A program made the translations under genes and the position numbers. 55,799 bases of DNA from an uncultured Gammaproteobacteria bacterium. GTDB lineage: Bacteria; Patescibacteriota; Patescibacteriia; Buchananbacterales; UBA6539. Where the stretch lies: NCBI GenBank assembly GCA_964497245.1, contig CAZCCC010000002.1:1-55799 (forward strand), in the 5' to 3' direction. Positions 11,444-21,803 of the stretch are shown piece by piece. The first letter of the stretch is position 1. Each line of letters starts with the position of its first letter. The notes below the pieces were generated by a model, which saw nothing but the letters and a program-made list of their open reading frames with translations, did not search any database and was not told the origin of the DNA.

Positions 11444-11956
11444 TTATTCTTCCAACAAATACGCCAATTTCTCACCAAATTCCTTTGCCGCGCTTGGATC
11501 TTTTGCCGTAACTATCCTGCCATCGGTTTCAACCTGCATACCGGTATATTCCGCCCCGCGCGATTTTAAATTTTCTTCCTCTGCAGGAAAAGCCGTTACT
11601 CTTTTCCCAATTAAAACTCCGGCGTTTGCTAAAATCATAGGAGCAATACAAATTCCACCGATTATCTTGTCGGCTTTTCTAAAAACCTTTACAATTTCAA
11701 GGGCTTGTTGATCATTAAAAAATTGCCTGGCTCCGGCGCCACCAATAAAAATAACTGCATCAAAGTCTTCTTTTTTGATTTCCGCCAATGACAAATCCGG
11801 ATTAATTTCAGTTCCAATCTTCCCAAAAGCTTTAGCCCTGGTTTTAGAGGCTATTTTTATTATGAAATTCCGATTTTCTAAAATCTTTTTTGGCTCCAAT
11901 AGTTCCTCGTCCCTGAAATTATTTTGGGCAATTATAAAAACTATTTTTTTAGCCAT
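11444..11956 (-). CDS. DJ-1/PfpI family protein
   Basis: FRDEE, IFIGGAGA, nucleophile elbow GGICIAP and DGRIVTA. Confidence 0.92.
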   Translation of the reverse strand: MAKKIVFIIAQNNFRDEELLEPKKILENRNFIIKIASKTRAKAFGKIGTEINPDLSLAEIKKEDFDAVIFIGGAGARQFFNDQQALEIVKVFRKADKIIGGICIAPMILANAGVLIGKRVTAFPAEEENLKSRGAEYTGMQVETDGRIVTAKDPSAAKEFGEKLAYLLEE

Positions 11957-12075
11957 AATTTTATTAATTACTAATTTTTAAAAAAAATAAATTAAACTAG
12001 CTATTAAAAATTGACTTATCCTATATTAGCTATATTACTAAATAAACAATATTATTATAACATCAAAATAAAATA

Positions 12076-12109
12076 TAAAGAAGCCCTTAATTATTAAAGG
12101 GCTTCTTTA
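12076..12109 (-). terminator. Intrinsic terminator hairpin after the pilin gene
   Basis: TAAAGAAGCCCTT-8nt-AAGGGCTTCTTTA, a perfect 13-bp stem. Confidence 0.8.
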
Positions 12110-12126
12110 ATATATTGATAAAAATT

Positions 12127-12591
12127 CTATCTTTGAACACTAATATCGCTTGCTCGTTCCGGATTACAGGCTCCTATGGTTATTCTGCCGGCGGCATTTC
12201 TTTCAATATAATAACCCGATTCACCAGTAAAATTAGGATCCTTTGGTATTTCAGCAATATAATTGGGAACCAAAGCGCTTAAATTGGCGACAGTTGCAGT
12301 TGTCTTTGCAGGGCAAGAATCAGTAGGAACAGTTGTTCCCGTTGTTCCGGTGTTTGAAATCATATAGGCGGTTGTTAAGGCAAGATCTGTCGGTTCTACT
12401 CCGGCATTATCAACCGTATACTTTAGATAAGCGTTTAAAATTGAATTGACCGAACTCCAGCGCTGTGCATCTCTGGCCTCCTGAATGCGACGGGCCGGAT
12501 CAACTGCCACATAAATTATTGCTGCCAAGATTGCAATAATTGCAATAACGATTAAAAGTTCTATTAAGGTAAATCCTTTTTGTTTTTTCAT
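12127..12591 (-). CDS. Type IV pilin, probably the major pilin
   Basis: KG|FTLIELLIVIAIIAILA prepilin cleavage/methylation motif, a Cys pair, and last position in the operon before the terminator. Confidence 0.92.
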   Translation of the reverse strand: MKKQKGFTLIELLIVIAIIAILAAIIYVAVDPARRIQEARDAQRWSSVNSILNAYLKYTVDNAGVEPTDLALTTAYMISNTGTTGTTVPTDSCPAKTTATVANLSALVPNYIAEIPKDPNFTGESGYYIERNAAGRITIGACNPERASDISVQR

Positions 12592-12629
12592 AATTTTTCT
12601 AATCCTAATTAATTTTAATTATATATAAA

Positions 12630-14444
12630 CTAATAATTTTTTTCAACCGGTGAAGCATATTCCGAAAAAATCCATCCTTGATTACCTTGGTCATATTCAA
12701 TTTTGTACCAACCGTTTACTTCAGCTAAAACTTGAAATTTTTGACCGGAAGACACCTGTCCAATCTTTTCATTATCAGTGCCGGGTTGGCTTCTTACGTT
12801 TAAATAGCCTGAACTGATATCATTTATCATTACATAATCAAACTCGGCCGATACTCCTCTGACTTCAGGAGACAATTCATCAATTTGTCCGATTTCCAGT
12901 TCAACCAACTCGGCATAAGTGCTTATAACCCAGCCATCACTCTCTTCATCCATACTAATCCGATACCAATCATCTTTTTCTTCAATAAATTTAAAATTCT
13001 GTCCATCAACGGCGCTACCAATCAGCTCATAGTTTGTAGATGGTCCATTTCTAATGTTTAAAGACCCTGCCGGAGTCTGCTTAATCAATACCCTAATTTC
13101 GGTTGTTAATTCAACGCTTCCTTCCTCCTCTGATTCTTTATCAATTAAGCGCCGGCGTAATTCGTCAATTACTCCTAAATCAAAATCCGTGGTTATTTTA
13201 CTTTCATATTTATCTGCCGGAAAAATTTTGCTGTAAAAATCAACTCCAATATTCCTTAAATAAAAAACTCCACCAAAAACAAATAGCAATATTACTAAAA
13301 TTAACAAACGAATATAAAAAGGAATCCATGCTTTAAAATTTGATTTTTCAGGTATAACTTGCAATTTTCTTGTCAAAAACGGCAAAAGATTAATATCACT
13401 TGCCTTTGGATTTCTTAAAATTCCCCTCAAAGCTAGTCCGGAAACATTAGAAAACATTACTCCATATTTTTTTAATTTTTCCTGATTATCGGCTGAAATT
13501 TTAAAAAAAGGATCACCAATACTTGATTTTATTTTAAGACTCTCAAAAAAATATTTATCAATTTTAGGAATCATTGCTGAACCGCCGGCCAAAATTACCT
13601 CATCAACCTGAATTTGATTTTCCAGTTGGTAATACTCAATAAATTTTTTTGCTTCGGAAATTATTTTATTTAATTCACTTTTTAAGGACTTCAAGGCTTT
13701 TGGCTTTTGTTTTTTCTCGTCTAGTCCGTCTTTAACTTTTTTTTCTTCCGCTGATTTTTCTGAAATACCTAAACTTTTTGCTATTGCCTTGGTAAACCGA
13801 TTTCCAGCTGATCTTACAATTAAACTCTGTCTAATTCCATTGCTATCAAAAATTGCCAAATTGGAAGTTCTGGCTCCAATATCAATAATCATTTTGCCCG
13901 GCGATTTTTTATCGGTTTTTAAAAGAGCTCTGGCCAGGCTTATTGATTCAAGATCAAAAGCAACCGGCTTCAACCCGACATTTTTTAAAACCTCAACATA
14001 AGAATCAACTATTTTCGCCGGCACAGCAACATAAAAAACTTCTTGGGAAGAACCATGTTTCTTAATTACTTTAAAATCAAAATAAACCTCTGACGAATCA
14101 AAAGGAATGGCTTCTTCGGCTTTATATGGAATTGTTTTTTTTATTTCATCGTGTCTTAAACCAGCCGGCAACTTAAAAACGGACATAAAAACTTGAGACT
14201 CGGGCAAAGACATTACACAATAAGGAGTTTTAATTGGTTTTGGCTGAGCGGAAGATAAAAGCTTAATAATGCTTTCTTCAAGCTTTTTTGGTTTCTTGAT
14301 CGTTCCATTATTTACAATATCGCCCTTAAGTAATGACCTGGCATAAGAGCTTGCTTTTATTTTACCAAAAAAAGGTTTTTTAAAAATTAAGGCTTCAATT
14401 GAATGGTCTGAAATATCCAAGCCAAATATTTTTCTTTTAATCAT
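12630..14444 (-). CDS. pilM: PilM fused to a PilN-like INLLP/TM segment and two SH3b domains
   Basis: Actin-like PilM motifs GLDISDHSIE, IDIGARTS and LAGGSA. Then DINLLP, a TM helix, and two LN(I/V)R..P.T...IG...GW repeats. Confidence 0.85.
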   Translation of the reverse strand: MIKRKIFGLDISDHSIEALIFKKPFFGKIKASSYARSLLKGDIVNNGTIKKPKKLEESIIKLLSSAQPKPIKTPYCVMSLPESQVFMSVFKLPAGLRHDEIKKTIPYKAEEAIPFDSSEVYFDFKVIKKHGSSQEVFYVAVPAKIVDSYVEVLKNVGLKPVAFDLESISLARALLKTDKKSPGKMIIDIGARTSNLAIFDSNGIRQSLIVRSAGNRFTKAIAKSLGISEKSAEEKKVKDGLDEKKQKPKALKSLKSELNKIISEAKKFIEYYQLENQIQVDEVILAGGSAMIPKIDKYFFESLKIKSSIGDPFFKISADNQEKLKKYGVMFSNVSGLALRGILRNPKASDINLLPFLTRKLQVIPEKSNFKAWIPFYIRLLILVILLFVFGGVFYLRNIGVDFYSKIFPADKYESKITTDFDLGVIDELRRRLIDKESEEEGSVELTTEIRVLIKQTPAGSLNIRNGPSTNYELIGSAVDGQNFKFIEEKDDWYRISMDEESDGWVISTYAELVELEIGQIDELSPEVRGVSAEFDYVMINDISSGYLNVRSQPGTDNEKIGQVSSGQKFQVLAEVNGWYKIEYDQGNQGWIFSEYASPVEKNY

Positions 14445-14506
14445 TTTTTTATTTTTATTTCCAAAAACAAAAGTTTAACAAAGTATTAATAATTTCTTAT
14501 TTAGAA

Positions 14507-14884
14507 TTAATTATTTTTCCAATACACAACATAAAAATTATTATTAACCTTGACCCTAACTTTTTGTTCATAGCCACTAACAACACCTGTTGATTGCAAA
14601 ATCGCACTATTAGCATCTGCTTCTATATTTATTATACAAGAATTTACACCAATGGACAAGGAAGTGGAATAATTAGCCCAATTTGACCTAAGTTTTTCCA
14701 AACCTTCTTCAATACAGGCTTCGGCCAAATTTCTGGCTTTTGCCGCCTGACTAGAATCAAAACTCATCTGAATCTCTTCAATTCCCCGCAGACTAACAGC
14801 AATACCGATAGTTAAAGCTGCAGTCGCCACTATCAACAACGATACCAAAGCGATAAATCCTTTTTGTTCTTTTATTTTTAGCAT
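14507..14884 (-). CDS. Minor pilin, PilX-like (no Glu5)
   Basis: Likely start MLKIKEQKG|FIALVSLLIV, followed by AEACIEEGL. Confidence 0.8.
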   Translation of the reverse strand: MLKIKEQKGFIALVSLLIVATAALTIGIAVSLRGIEEIQMSFDSSQAAKARNLAEACIEEGLEKLRSNWANYSTSLSIGVNSCIINIEADANSAILQSTGVVSGYEQKVRVKVNNNFYVVYWKNN

Positions 14885-14888
14885 AAAA

Positions 14889-15452
14889 TCATCTTCTTCC
14901 CCGCAGTTCAACTGTAAATTCAACTCTTGAGGAAGAATCATAATCCGGAATATTTCCCGGATTTTTATAATTAATTTCTAAATAAACGCCAACATTTTTC
15001 GTTCTATTAAATTTTGAATAGTTAATAAAACCTCCCGTAATTTCAACATTTTCACTATTGATAATTGCTGGCTCAAGACTGCCTATTTGTCTGATTAAAT
15101 TCTTGCTATTTTCATCAAAACTATAAGCAATGTTTTCACTTTCAGCTAAAACTAGAATTAAATTTTCTTCACTTAAACTGGCGATATCCGAAGCAGTTCT
15201 TATGTCTTCAACCATAATGCCAGAAATATACCTAAGTTGATAATTAACTTCCTGATCGGAATAGCTGGATGCTTGACCTTTTAAAATATCCAAAATTAAA
15301 TATGAAATTCCGGTCAAAATAATTCCAACAATAGATAAATAAACAATTAACTCTATTAAAGTAAAGCCTTTACTCCCCTTAAATTCTAAAGCTTCCGCAT
15401 CGGTAGCAAAGGTTTTTTTAAAATTTACAATTTTTTGTTTAAAATTATTCAT
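14889..15452 (-). CDS. Minor pilin, PilW-like
   Basis: KG|FTLIELIVYLSIVGII. ATG at 15452 overlaps the upstream stop (TAATG). Confidence 0.85.
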   Translation of the reverse strand: MNNFKQKIVNFKKTFATDAEALEFKGSKGFTLIELIVYLSIVGIILTGISYLILDILKGQASSYSDQEVNYQLRYISGIMVEDIRTASDIASLSEENLILVLAESENIAYSFDENSKNLIRQIGSLEPAIINSENVEITGGFINYSKFNRTKNVGVYLEINYKNPGNIPDYDSSSRVEFTVELRGRR

Positions 15453-18346
15453 TATGGCGTATAGTTGATTTTTACTTTTTCCAAAATAGGAGTATTGTTG
15501 CCGTCGCCGGCTAGCTCCGCCCGATACCTTATCCATTGATTAAAATTCAGTTCAGCCGGGATTATTGTGCCTAAAGATTCAGTAAAATAACTCCCGCTGC
15601 CGAACTCGCCATACCAGTCGCTCCAACTGCCCGGCACTCCGGCCAAATCAGGAGCGGTCTGAATCTGCATCTTAATATTGCATGACGGGTTGCAGCTTGG
15701 AATTATTTCATCCCATTCAATAATATTAAATGAGGAAGGTGCTGCCGCATTATAAGCCGAGGAAACAAAGTAACCAAAAGTCGCATAACCGCCATTACCG
15801 CTAGACTGGCCCCAGCCAATTCTGACATTCCTTAACTGGATTTGCTGGCTGCCATTGCCAGCTAAAAAAGCCTTAAATACTATCTGACTGGTTGTTGTTG
15901 GATATGAAGAAATATTAGAATTAATTACCTCTGCGGTATTATAATTATCTCCTCCGGCATTAACCCAGCTGGAACCTGACCAATATTGCCAACTTAATCC
16001 ATTATCGCCTGACAACTGATAATATATTTCACCACCATTCTTGTCTGCAGTTTCAACTAAGCTGCTCCAACCTTCCAAGCCGGAAATCGTAAGCGAATTT
16101 ACTGGATGAATACTTGGACTATCAGCCGAATAGGAACCCGAGGTAATCCAACTGCACCCGCTTTGGCTACTACATAATACTTCCGTTAAATAATTTCCAC
16201 AATTATCCGATGTGCCAAAACAAGAACTTGGTTCGCTCCAATTAAGCAATACATTATCAAAAGCCCCGATTGCCGTACTTAAAAAAGAAAAAAGATTATT
16301 ATTATAGGTTCCCAAAACAGCCAGCTTAAGATAATACGTCCCAGGATCTTTAATTTTTGAAGAAATATCAAGATTAGAAATTCTAATCCAGTTTGTCGTA
16401 CCGGTAATTAATGGGCTTTGCCAAACATAGTCAGCTAAATTTGGCGCGCCGTTTTCTGTTTCAACAAAAACATAAAGATAAAAAGATGTTAATCCAAAAG
16501 AAAAATAGGTTGGTACTCGCCAATCAAAATTTAAAGAGCCGTTAAGATCTGCGACACTGATTTCAAAAGATTGCTGCCAATAACCGGAAATTAACCGGTT
16601 CCTTTGACCTCTTATCCTAATATTTATATAGCCATTTGGATTTCCACCAGTTGCCAGCCAATTGCCGTCAACTTGATTTGGCGTCTCCCAAGCGCTAAAA
16701 TTCCAATTATTAAAATTGGCGTCAAAAGAAGGATTTAAAGTGGAACCAAGAGTTCCTACTAGCCATGTACAACCGGCTTGATCTAGGCATAAGGGTGGGG
16801 TACTGAAGCTACTACAATCATCGGCTGCACCGCTGCATGTTCCACTTATTCCTTGATCAACAAAAAAAGCCATATTGTTGTTAACTTGAATTTTTGTCGG
16901 ATCATAAATATAATCTTGTTGCTCGCTAAAAGGCCAATCGTAAATTTTGGCACAGCTGATTTTTATTTCATCCAACATTACCTGCTGAGTGCCATCACCG
17001 GACAAAAAAGCTTTAAAATTTATTTGGCTAGTTGAAGTTGGAAAAGTACTAATATTATCATTAACATCAGATGCTAAATTATAATTATCAACTCCAGCCA
17101 AAACCCAATCACCATCATAATAGTACCAATCTGCTCCGTCGGAAATTTGATAATAAATTTCCCCTCCGCCTTTGTCGGCTGTTTCAAAAAAAGAAGTCCA
17201 ATTATTTATTCCGCTAACTAAATAAGCTTCTTTTGGGCTAACTTCAGGACTATCCGACGAATAACTTTCCAACCAGTTGCAGCCTGACTGATTTAGGCAG
17301 CTAGACTGCTCATCAAAAAAATCACAATTTAAAGGTATTCCGCTACAACTGCTACTTGCAATCCATTGGCACTGGTTGCAATTAACGCACGAATTCTGAT
17401 CAGGAAAAGAAAAGCAGTCAATTGTGCCAATACAATTTCCGCCCTGCCTAATACAACCTGCAGCATTACACCGACTGCATAAACCGGGAGGAATACCACT
17501 GCAAGAAGCAGTAGCGGAATTAGTGCAGTGACTCCCAAGCCAATTACAACCTGACTGATCTTGACAAGACTGCTGGCTCATAAAATGTAAACAATCGGTT
17601 GGAGTTCCTGTACATACTCCTTCTGGCCTCAGCTTGACATTGGAATCTACTATTTCAATTTTTCCTTCATCGTATTCATAATCGTCTTTTTGATCAAAAA
17701 GCCATGATTTTGTTCCACAACCATCGCTGAAAAAAGATTTTAAGCTAATCTGCCCACTAATATTATATTCAATATTAGAATCATCGTAATCATATCTTCT
17801 TTCATTATTCCAAACTGATTGGCCGGGACCGAAAACCCAATCAATTTGGGTCCAATCCCGACTCTGCCATGAAGTAATATAAGATTCAAGCTGAATTTGA
17901 TTGCTAAAACCATTAATACTATCATATTCAACTTTAGAAATGACTCTTTTTGAATATAAATCAATTTCAACTTCCGGCTGGGTACAATCAGCAATGTTTC
18001 CACCCAAATCACGGCAAATATTTTCAATCATAATTACCCTGCTATACTTTCCATCCAACAAATCAGGAGGAATGGTGAATTGCCAATGACCGAAAGATTT
18101 ATCCAGTCCAAACTCTCCATTTTGTAAAAAATTCCAGCCTTGACGGCGAATTGATCTTACTGCTTCAATCCCTTGTTGGGCATAAAAAACCGCTACTTCT
18201 CTTTCTTCTGCCTGAAAATTACTTCCATATGAATTAATCAGCATAAAGATTAAAGGAACGGAAAAAAGACTAAATAAAGCAATGGCTAAAATTATTTCAA
18301 CCAAACTTAGCCCTTTTTGGCATTTAAATTTATATAAATTAGCCAT
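15452..18346 (-). CDS. Giant (964 aa) PilV-like minor pilin with Cys-rich repeats and duplicated beta-domains
   Basis: KG|LSLVEIILAIALF, AQQGIEAVRSIR, repeated C.G....C......C..Q.GC.W modules and two ETADK.GGEIYYQ.S domains. Confidence 0.88.
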   Translation of the reverse strand: MANLYKFKCQKGLSLVEIILAIALFSLFSVPLIFMLINSYGSNFQAEEREVAVFYAQQGIEAVRSIRRQGWNFLQNGEFGLDKSFGHWQFTIPPDLLDGKYSRVIMIENICRDLGGNIADCTQPEVEIDLYSKRVISKVEYDSINGFSNQIQLESYITSWQSRDWTQIDWVFGPGQSVWNNERRYDYDDSNIEYNISGQISLKSFFSDGCGTKSWLFDQKDDYEYDEGKIEIVDSNVKLRPEGVCTGTPTDCLHFMSQQSCQDQSGCNWLGSHCTNSATASCSGIPPGLCSRCNAAGCIRQGGNCIGTIDCFSFPDQNSCVNCNQCQWIASSSCSGIPLNCDFFDEQSSCLNQSGCNWLESYSSDSPEVSPKEAYLVSGINNWTSFFETADKGGGEIYYQISDGADWYYYDGDWVLAGVDNYNLASDVNDNISTFPTSTSQINFKAFLSGDGTQQVMLDEIKISCAKIYDWPFSEQQDYIYDPTKIQVNNNMAFFVDQGISGTCSGAADDCSSFSTPPLCLDQAGCTWLVGTLGSTLNPSFDANFNNWNFSAWETPNQVDGNWLATGGNPNGYINIRIRGQRNRLISGYWQQSFEISVADLNGSLNFDWRVPTYFSFGLTSFYLYVFVETENGAPNLADYVWQSPLITGTTNWIRISNLDISSKIKDPGTYYLKLAVLGTYNNNLFSFLSTAIGAFDNVLLNWSEPSSCFGTSDNCGNYLTEVLCSSQSGCSWITSGSYSADSPSIHPVNSLTISGLEGWSSLVETADKNGGEIYYQLSGDNGLSWQYWSGSSWVNAGGDNYNTAEVINSNISSYPTTTSQIVFKAFLAGNGSQQIQLRNVRIGWGQSSGNGGYATFGYFVSSAYNAAAPSSFNIIEWDEIIPSCNPSCNIKMQIQTAPDLAGVPGSWSDWYGEFGSGSYFTESLGTIIPAELNFNQWIRYRAELAGDGNNTPILEKVKINYTP

Positions 18347-18858
18347 TACTTACTTATTAAACCTAAATTGGTTATTTGTATATTTTTTGATTCGCTGCTT
18401 GCCGAACTGTAAATAAAAACCGTGCCATAAGATGATGGCAGTCCCGAGTTAATTGAAAAATAAATTTCATCGCCAAAATCAGTAGTTATATCAAAAACAT
18501 CAGGATACTTTTCGTTTTGATCATAAGAAGTATCCCTACTGCTATAATTATTGCCTTTGAAAAAAATTATTTTTTTTTCCACATTATTAAAATAAACCCC
18601 CCAATCAGAACCGCTTTTTCCGCTTACTGCTTGATGACGGGCTCGTCTTAAAGTTTTGGCGGTTGTATCGGTATAAGTATATAAATCAGAAGATGTCTGG
18701 AAAATTTGTATAAAAGGAATACTTAATACCGAAACCATGGCAATTATAGCTATTACTAGACTTAACTCTATTAGAGTAAAACCTTTGCCATAAAAAGCTA
18801 GCGGCCGAAAAATAGAAAACAAAAGTTTATCGTCTTTTTCTTTTGTTCTTTTTATCAT
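18346..18858 (-). CDS. Minor pilin, FimT/GspH-like
   Basis: KG|FTLIELSLVIAIIA, LRRARHQAVSG and WGVYF. Likely start at 18858. Stop overlaps the next ATG. Confidence 0.85.
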   Translation of the reverse strand: MIKRTKEKDDKLLFSIFRPLAFYGKGFTLIELSLVIAIIAMVSVLSIPFIQIFQTSSDLYTYTDTTAKTLRRARHQAVSGKSGSDWGVYFNNVEKKIIFFKGNNYSSRDTSYDQNEKYPDVFDITTDFGDEIYFSINSGLPSSYGTVFIYSSASSESKNIQITNLGLISK

Positions 18859-18886
18859 TATTTTAATTTCTAATTGACAGGAATCT

Positions 18887-20113
18887 TTAGTTCCTGAATT
18901 GACCAGTAATTTGATAAATCGGCGAAATAACAGATATCGCAATGAATCCTACTGCTAATCCAACAAAAATTAAAAGCAATGGTTCCAAAATAGTTGTTAA
19001 GTTTTTTGTTGAATTATCCACCTCTTTGCCGAAATATTCCGACAAATATTCAAAAGACTCATCAAGTCTACCTGATTGTTCACCCACGCCAATCATTTTT
19101 ATAACCAATAAAGGAAAAATCGGCTTTCTTTTTGATTGCCTAAACGAGGCCATTGAATCTGAAAATCTTTTTCCTCTCTGAATCTGCGGTAATATTTTTT
19201 TTAATCTATCTTTATAAATAAAATTATTAGTGGTTTCCACGGCAATTTCAACGCCTCGATCAATTGTTAAACCGCTTTTAAGTAAAATCGCCAGAGTCCT
19301 GTTTATTAAAACCAGATTATAATTAATAATTATGCCTCCTAAAATAGGCATTTTAATCAGAGCCCAATGCCACGGTTTTTTAAAAAATCTCTGCCTTACC
19401 AAGACCCTGAATCCAATAAAAAATACCACCAGTCCGGCAAAAATCACCAAGCCATGTTTATCTGCAACTTCTGCGATCCAAAGCAAAAATCTGGTACTTG
19501 TCGGCAAATCAAAACTTAAACTTTTAAACAAGGCTGTTATCTTAGGTAAAACAAAATATACTAAGATAAGGCCCAATCCGAAAGTGGAAATAAATACGAT
19601 AGCCGGATAAAAAGCGGCATTTCTAATATTTTTTTTAAGTTCTAGCCTCTCCTCCATTTCATTGGTTAAATACTCTAAATTTTCTTGCAAAGTTCCACTT
19701 TCTTCGCCAACCTTGATTATATTTATAAATAATGAATCAAATACTTTTGGATATTTTGACATTGATCCGCTTAGACTCTGGCCCTTTTTTACTCCTTCCA
19801 AAACATTTTTTATAATTTTACCAAAATTCTTTGAAGGTGATTGATCAAAAATCACTTCCAAGGCTTCATTCAAATTAATCCCCGACTTAATCATCACTCC
19901 GAGATGTTTGGCAAACAAAACTTTTTCCATTAAAGAAACCCTGCCAATACTTAATTCGGAAAATCCAGTTTTGAATCTTCCCCGCGGAGAAATTTTTTTT
20001 ATAAACCAACCTTGGTCAATTAAAATTTTTGTTGCATCTTTTAAATTTTTGGCTTCAATAATCCCTTTTTCGGTCTGATTATTTTTGTTAAAAGCTGTGT
20101 ATTTAAATTTCAT
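18887..20113 (-). CDS. pilC: Type IV pilus platform protein (PilC/GspF)
   Basis: Two T2SSF repeats (KSGINL..AL / GEESGTL and KSGLTI / GEQSGRLD) and LEPLLL. Confidence 0.95.
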   Translation of the reverse strand: MKFKYTAFNKNNQTEKGIIEAKNLKDATKILIDQGWFIKKISPRGRFKTGFSELSIGRVSLMEKVLFAKHLGVMIKSGINLNEALEVIFDQSPSKNFGKIIKNVLEGVKKGQSLSGSMSKYPKVFDSLFINIIKVGEESGTLQENLEYLTNEMEERLELKKNIRNAAFYPAIVFISTFGLGLILVYFVLPKITALFKSLSFDLPTSTRFLLWIAEVADKHGLVIFAGLVVFFIGFRVLVRQRFFKKPWHWALIKMPILGGIIINYNLVLINRTLAILLKSGLTIDRGVEIAVETTNNFIYKDRLKKILPQIQRGKRFSDSMASFRQSKRKPIFPLLVIKMIGVGEQSGRLDESFEYLSEYFGKEVDNSTKNLTTILEPLLLIFVGLAVGFIAISVISPIYQITGQFRN

Positions 20114-20117
20114 AATT

Positions 20118-21803
20118 TTATTCCCTTGTGGCTCTTAATACTTCTTCAACTGTAGTTAACCCGGAAAGCGCTTTTTTTATTCCATCTTCAATCATTGTTT
20201 TCATTCCCTCTTCTTCCGCCTGTTTTCTTATTTCATCGGCATCGGACCTTTTCATTATCATTTCTCTAATCTTTTCCGAAACTGCCAAAACTTCAAAAAC
20301 TCCAATACGACCGGCATAACCGGTATTAGCACAGAGTTTGCAGCCTTTACCATAATAAAGCCTAATTTTCTTATCACCCTCTTTACCAAAATATTTTTCA
20401 ATTAACTCGGCTGAAAATTTTTCTTTCAATTGAGAAACCGCAATTTGGTTGCTTACGATGCAATTACTGCAAATTTTCCTAATTAGCCTTTGTCCAATAA
20501 TTATATTTACAGTTGAAGCCAATAAAAATGGCTCTATTCCCATTTTTAAAAACCTGGGCAGAGCAGTCGGCGCATCATTGGTATGAAGAGTAGAAAGAAC
20601 CAAATGTCCGGTCATGGCGGCATTAATTGCAATGTCAGCTGTTTCTTGGTCGCGGATTTCGCCAACCATTACAATATCAGGATCCTGACGTAAAATTGAA
20701 CGAAGACCGGCAGCAAATGTAAGATTAGTTTTGGGATTTACTTGGATCTGGTTTATACCGTCCATATCATATTCCACAGGGTCTTCAATTGTTGAAATAT
20801 TAACTTCTCGACGATTTAAGATTTTCAATATTGCATAAAGGCTTGTAGTTTTTCCCGATCCCGTCGGTCCGGTGGATAAAATCATACCATAAGGCTTTGA
20901 AATTTCACGCTTTAATTTAACTAAATCTTCACTGGAAAATCCCAAATCTTCAAGGTTAAACTGTCTGTTCCTCTCAGACAATAAACGTAAAACCACCTTT
21001 TCTCCTTCAATAATTGGAATAATTGAAACTCGGACATCCAACTTATCATGACCAAATTTCGCCCTAATTTTACCATCTTGAGCACTTCGGTGTTCATCAG
21101 TTCTTAATTTTGACAATATTTTCAATCGGGTAACCACTAAATCGTGGACGTTTTTTGGCAAATCAATTATGTCATGCAAAATACCGTCAATCCTGAAACG
21201 AACCAATGTTTTTTCTTCGTATGGCTCAATATGTATATCAGATGCGCCATTTTCATATGCATACTGTAAAACAGTTTCAACAATTTTAATTACTGGCAAA
21301 TCTTCCGCTTTAGAACTTTTTTTAGCCTCGCTGATATTTTCCTGAATTATATCAGCAAATTCATTCTGAATGCCTTTTTGGTAGCGCGACAAAGCTAATT
21401 TTATATTTTTTGAAGTCGTGTAATAAGGAAAAATCTCCAAGCCTGTCTTTTTGTTCATTAAATTAATGAGTTGAAAATCTCCTGGATTAGACATTGCTAG
21501 CTTTATTCCTCTCTCACTCTGTTCAAAAGCAATTACTCCTTGTTTTTCGGCCATAACTTTAGGAATAAGTTGAAGGATATTCTCTTCAATGGTCATTTTA
21601 CTTAAGTCAACAAAAGGATAGCCCATTTCATCGGCAATAATCTGACCGATGTGATCATCAGAAACCAAATCACTGTCAACCAAAATTTTAGCTAAAGGTT
21701 TTTTGTGTTCTTGCGCAGATTTAAAAGCAATCTCAAGCTTATCTTCTGGAATAATATCAAGAGTAGCAATTAAATCTCGTAATTTTTCATTGGAAATTTC
21801 CAT
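20118..21803 (-). CDS. pilB: Type IV pilus assembly ATPase (PilB/GspE)
   Basis: ASDIHIEP, RFRIDG, GPTGSGKTT, TIEDPVE, LRQDPD, TGHLVLSTLHTN and a tetracysteine motif. Confidence 0.96.
   Translation of the reverse strand: MEISNEKLRDLIATLDIIPEDKLEIAFKSAQEHKKPLAKILVDSDLVSDDHIGQIIADEMGYPFVDLSKMTIEENILQLIPKVMAEKQGVIAFEQSERGIKLAMSNPGDFQLINLMNKKTGLEIFPYYTTSKNIKLALSRYQKGIQNEFADIIQENISEAKKSSKAEDLPVIKIVETVLQYAYENGASDIHIEPYEEKTLVRFRIDGILHDIIDLPKNVHDLVVTRLKILSKLRTDEHRSAQDGKIRAKFGHDKLDVRVSIIPIIEGEKVVLRLLSERNRQFNLEDLGFSSEDLVKLKREISKPYGMILSTGPTGSGKTTSLYAILKILNRREVNISTIEDPVEYDMDGINQIQVNPKTNLTFAAGLRSILRQDPDIVMVGEIRDQETADIAINAAMTGHLVLSTLHTNDAPTALPRFLKMGIEPFLLASTVNIIIGQRLIRKICSNCIVSNQIAVSQLKEKFSAELIEKYFGKEGDKKIRLYYGKGCKLCANTGYAGRIGVFEVLAVSEKIREMIMKRSDADEIRKQAEEEGMKTMIEDGIKKALSGLTTVEEVLRATRE

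Noticed and set aside
10450-18942. Longer track starts for the TrxB-like gene (11478) and pilins (14941, 15536, 18942)
   Set aside because: They overlap upstream genes. Downstream ATGs give normal N-termini, and 15452 shows stop/start coupling.
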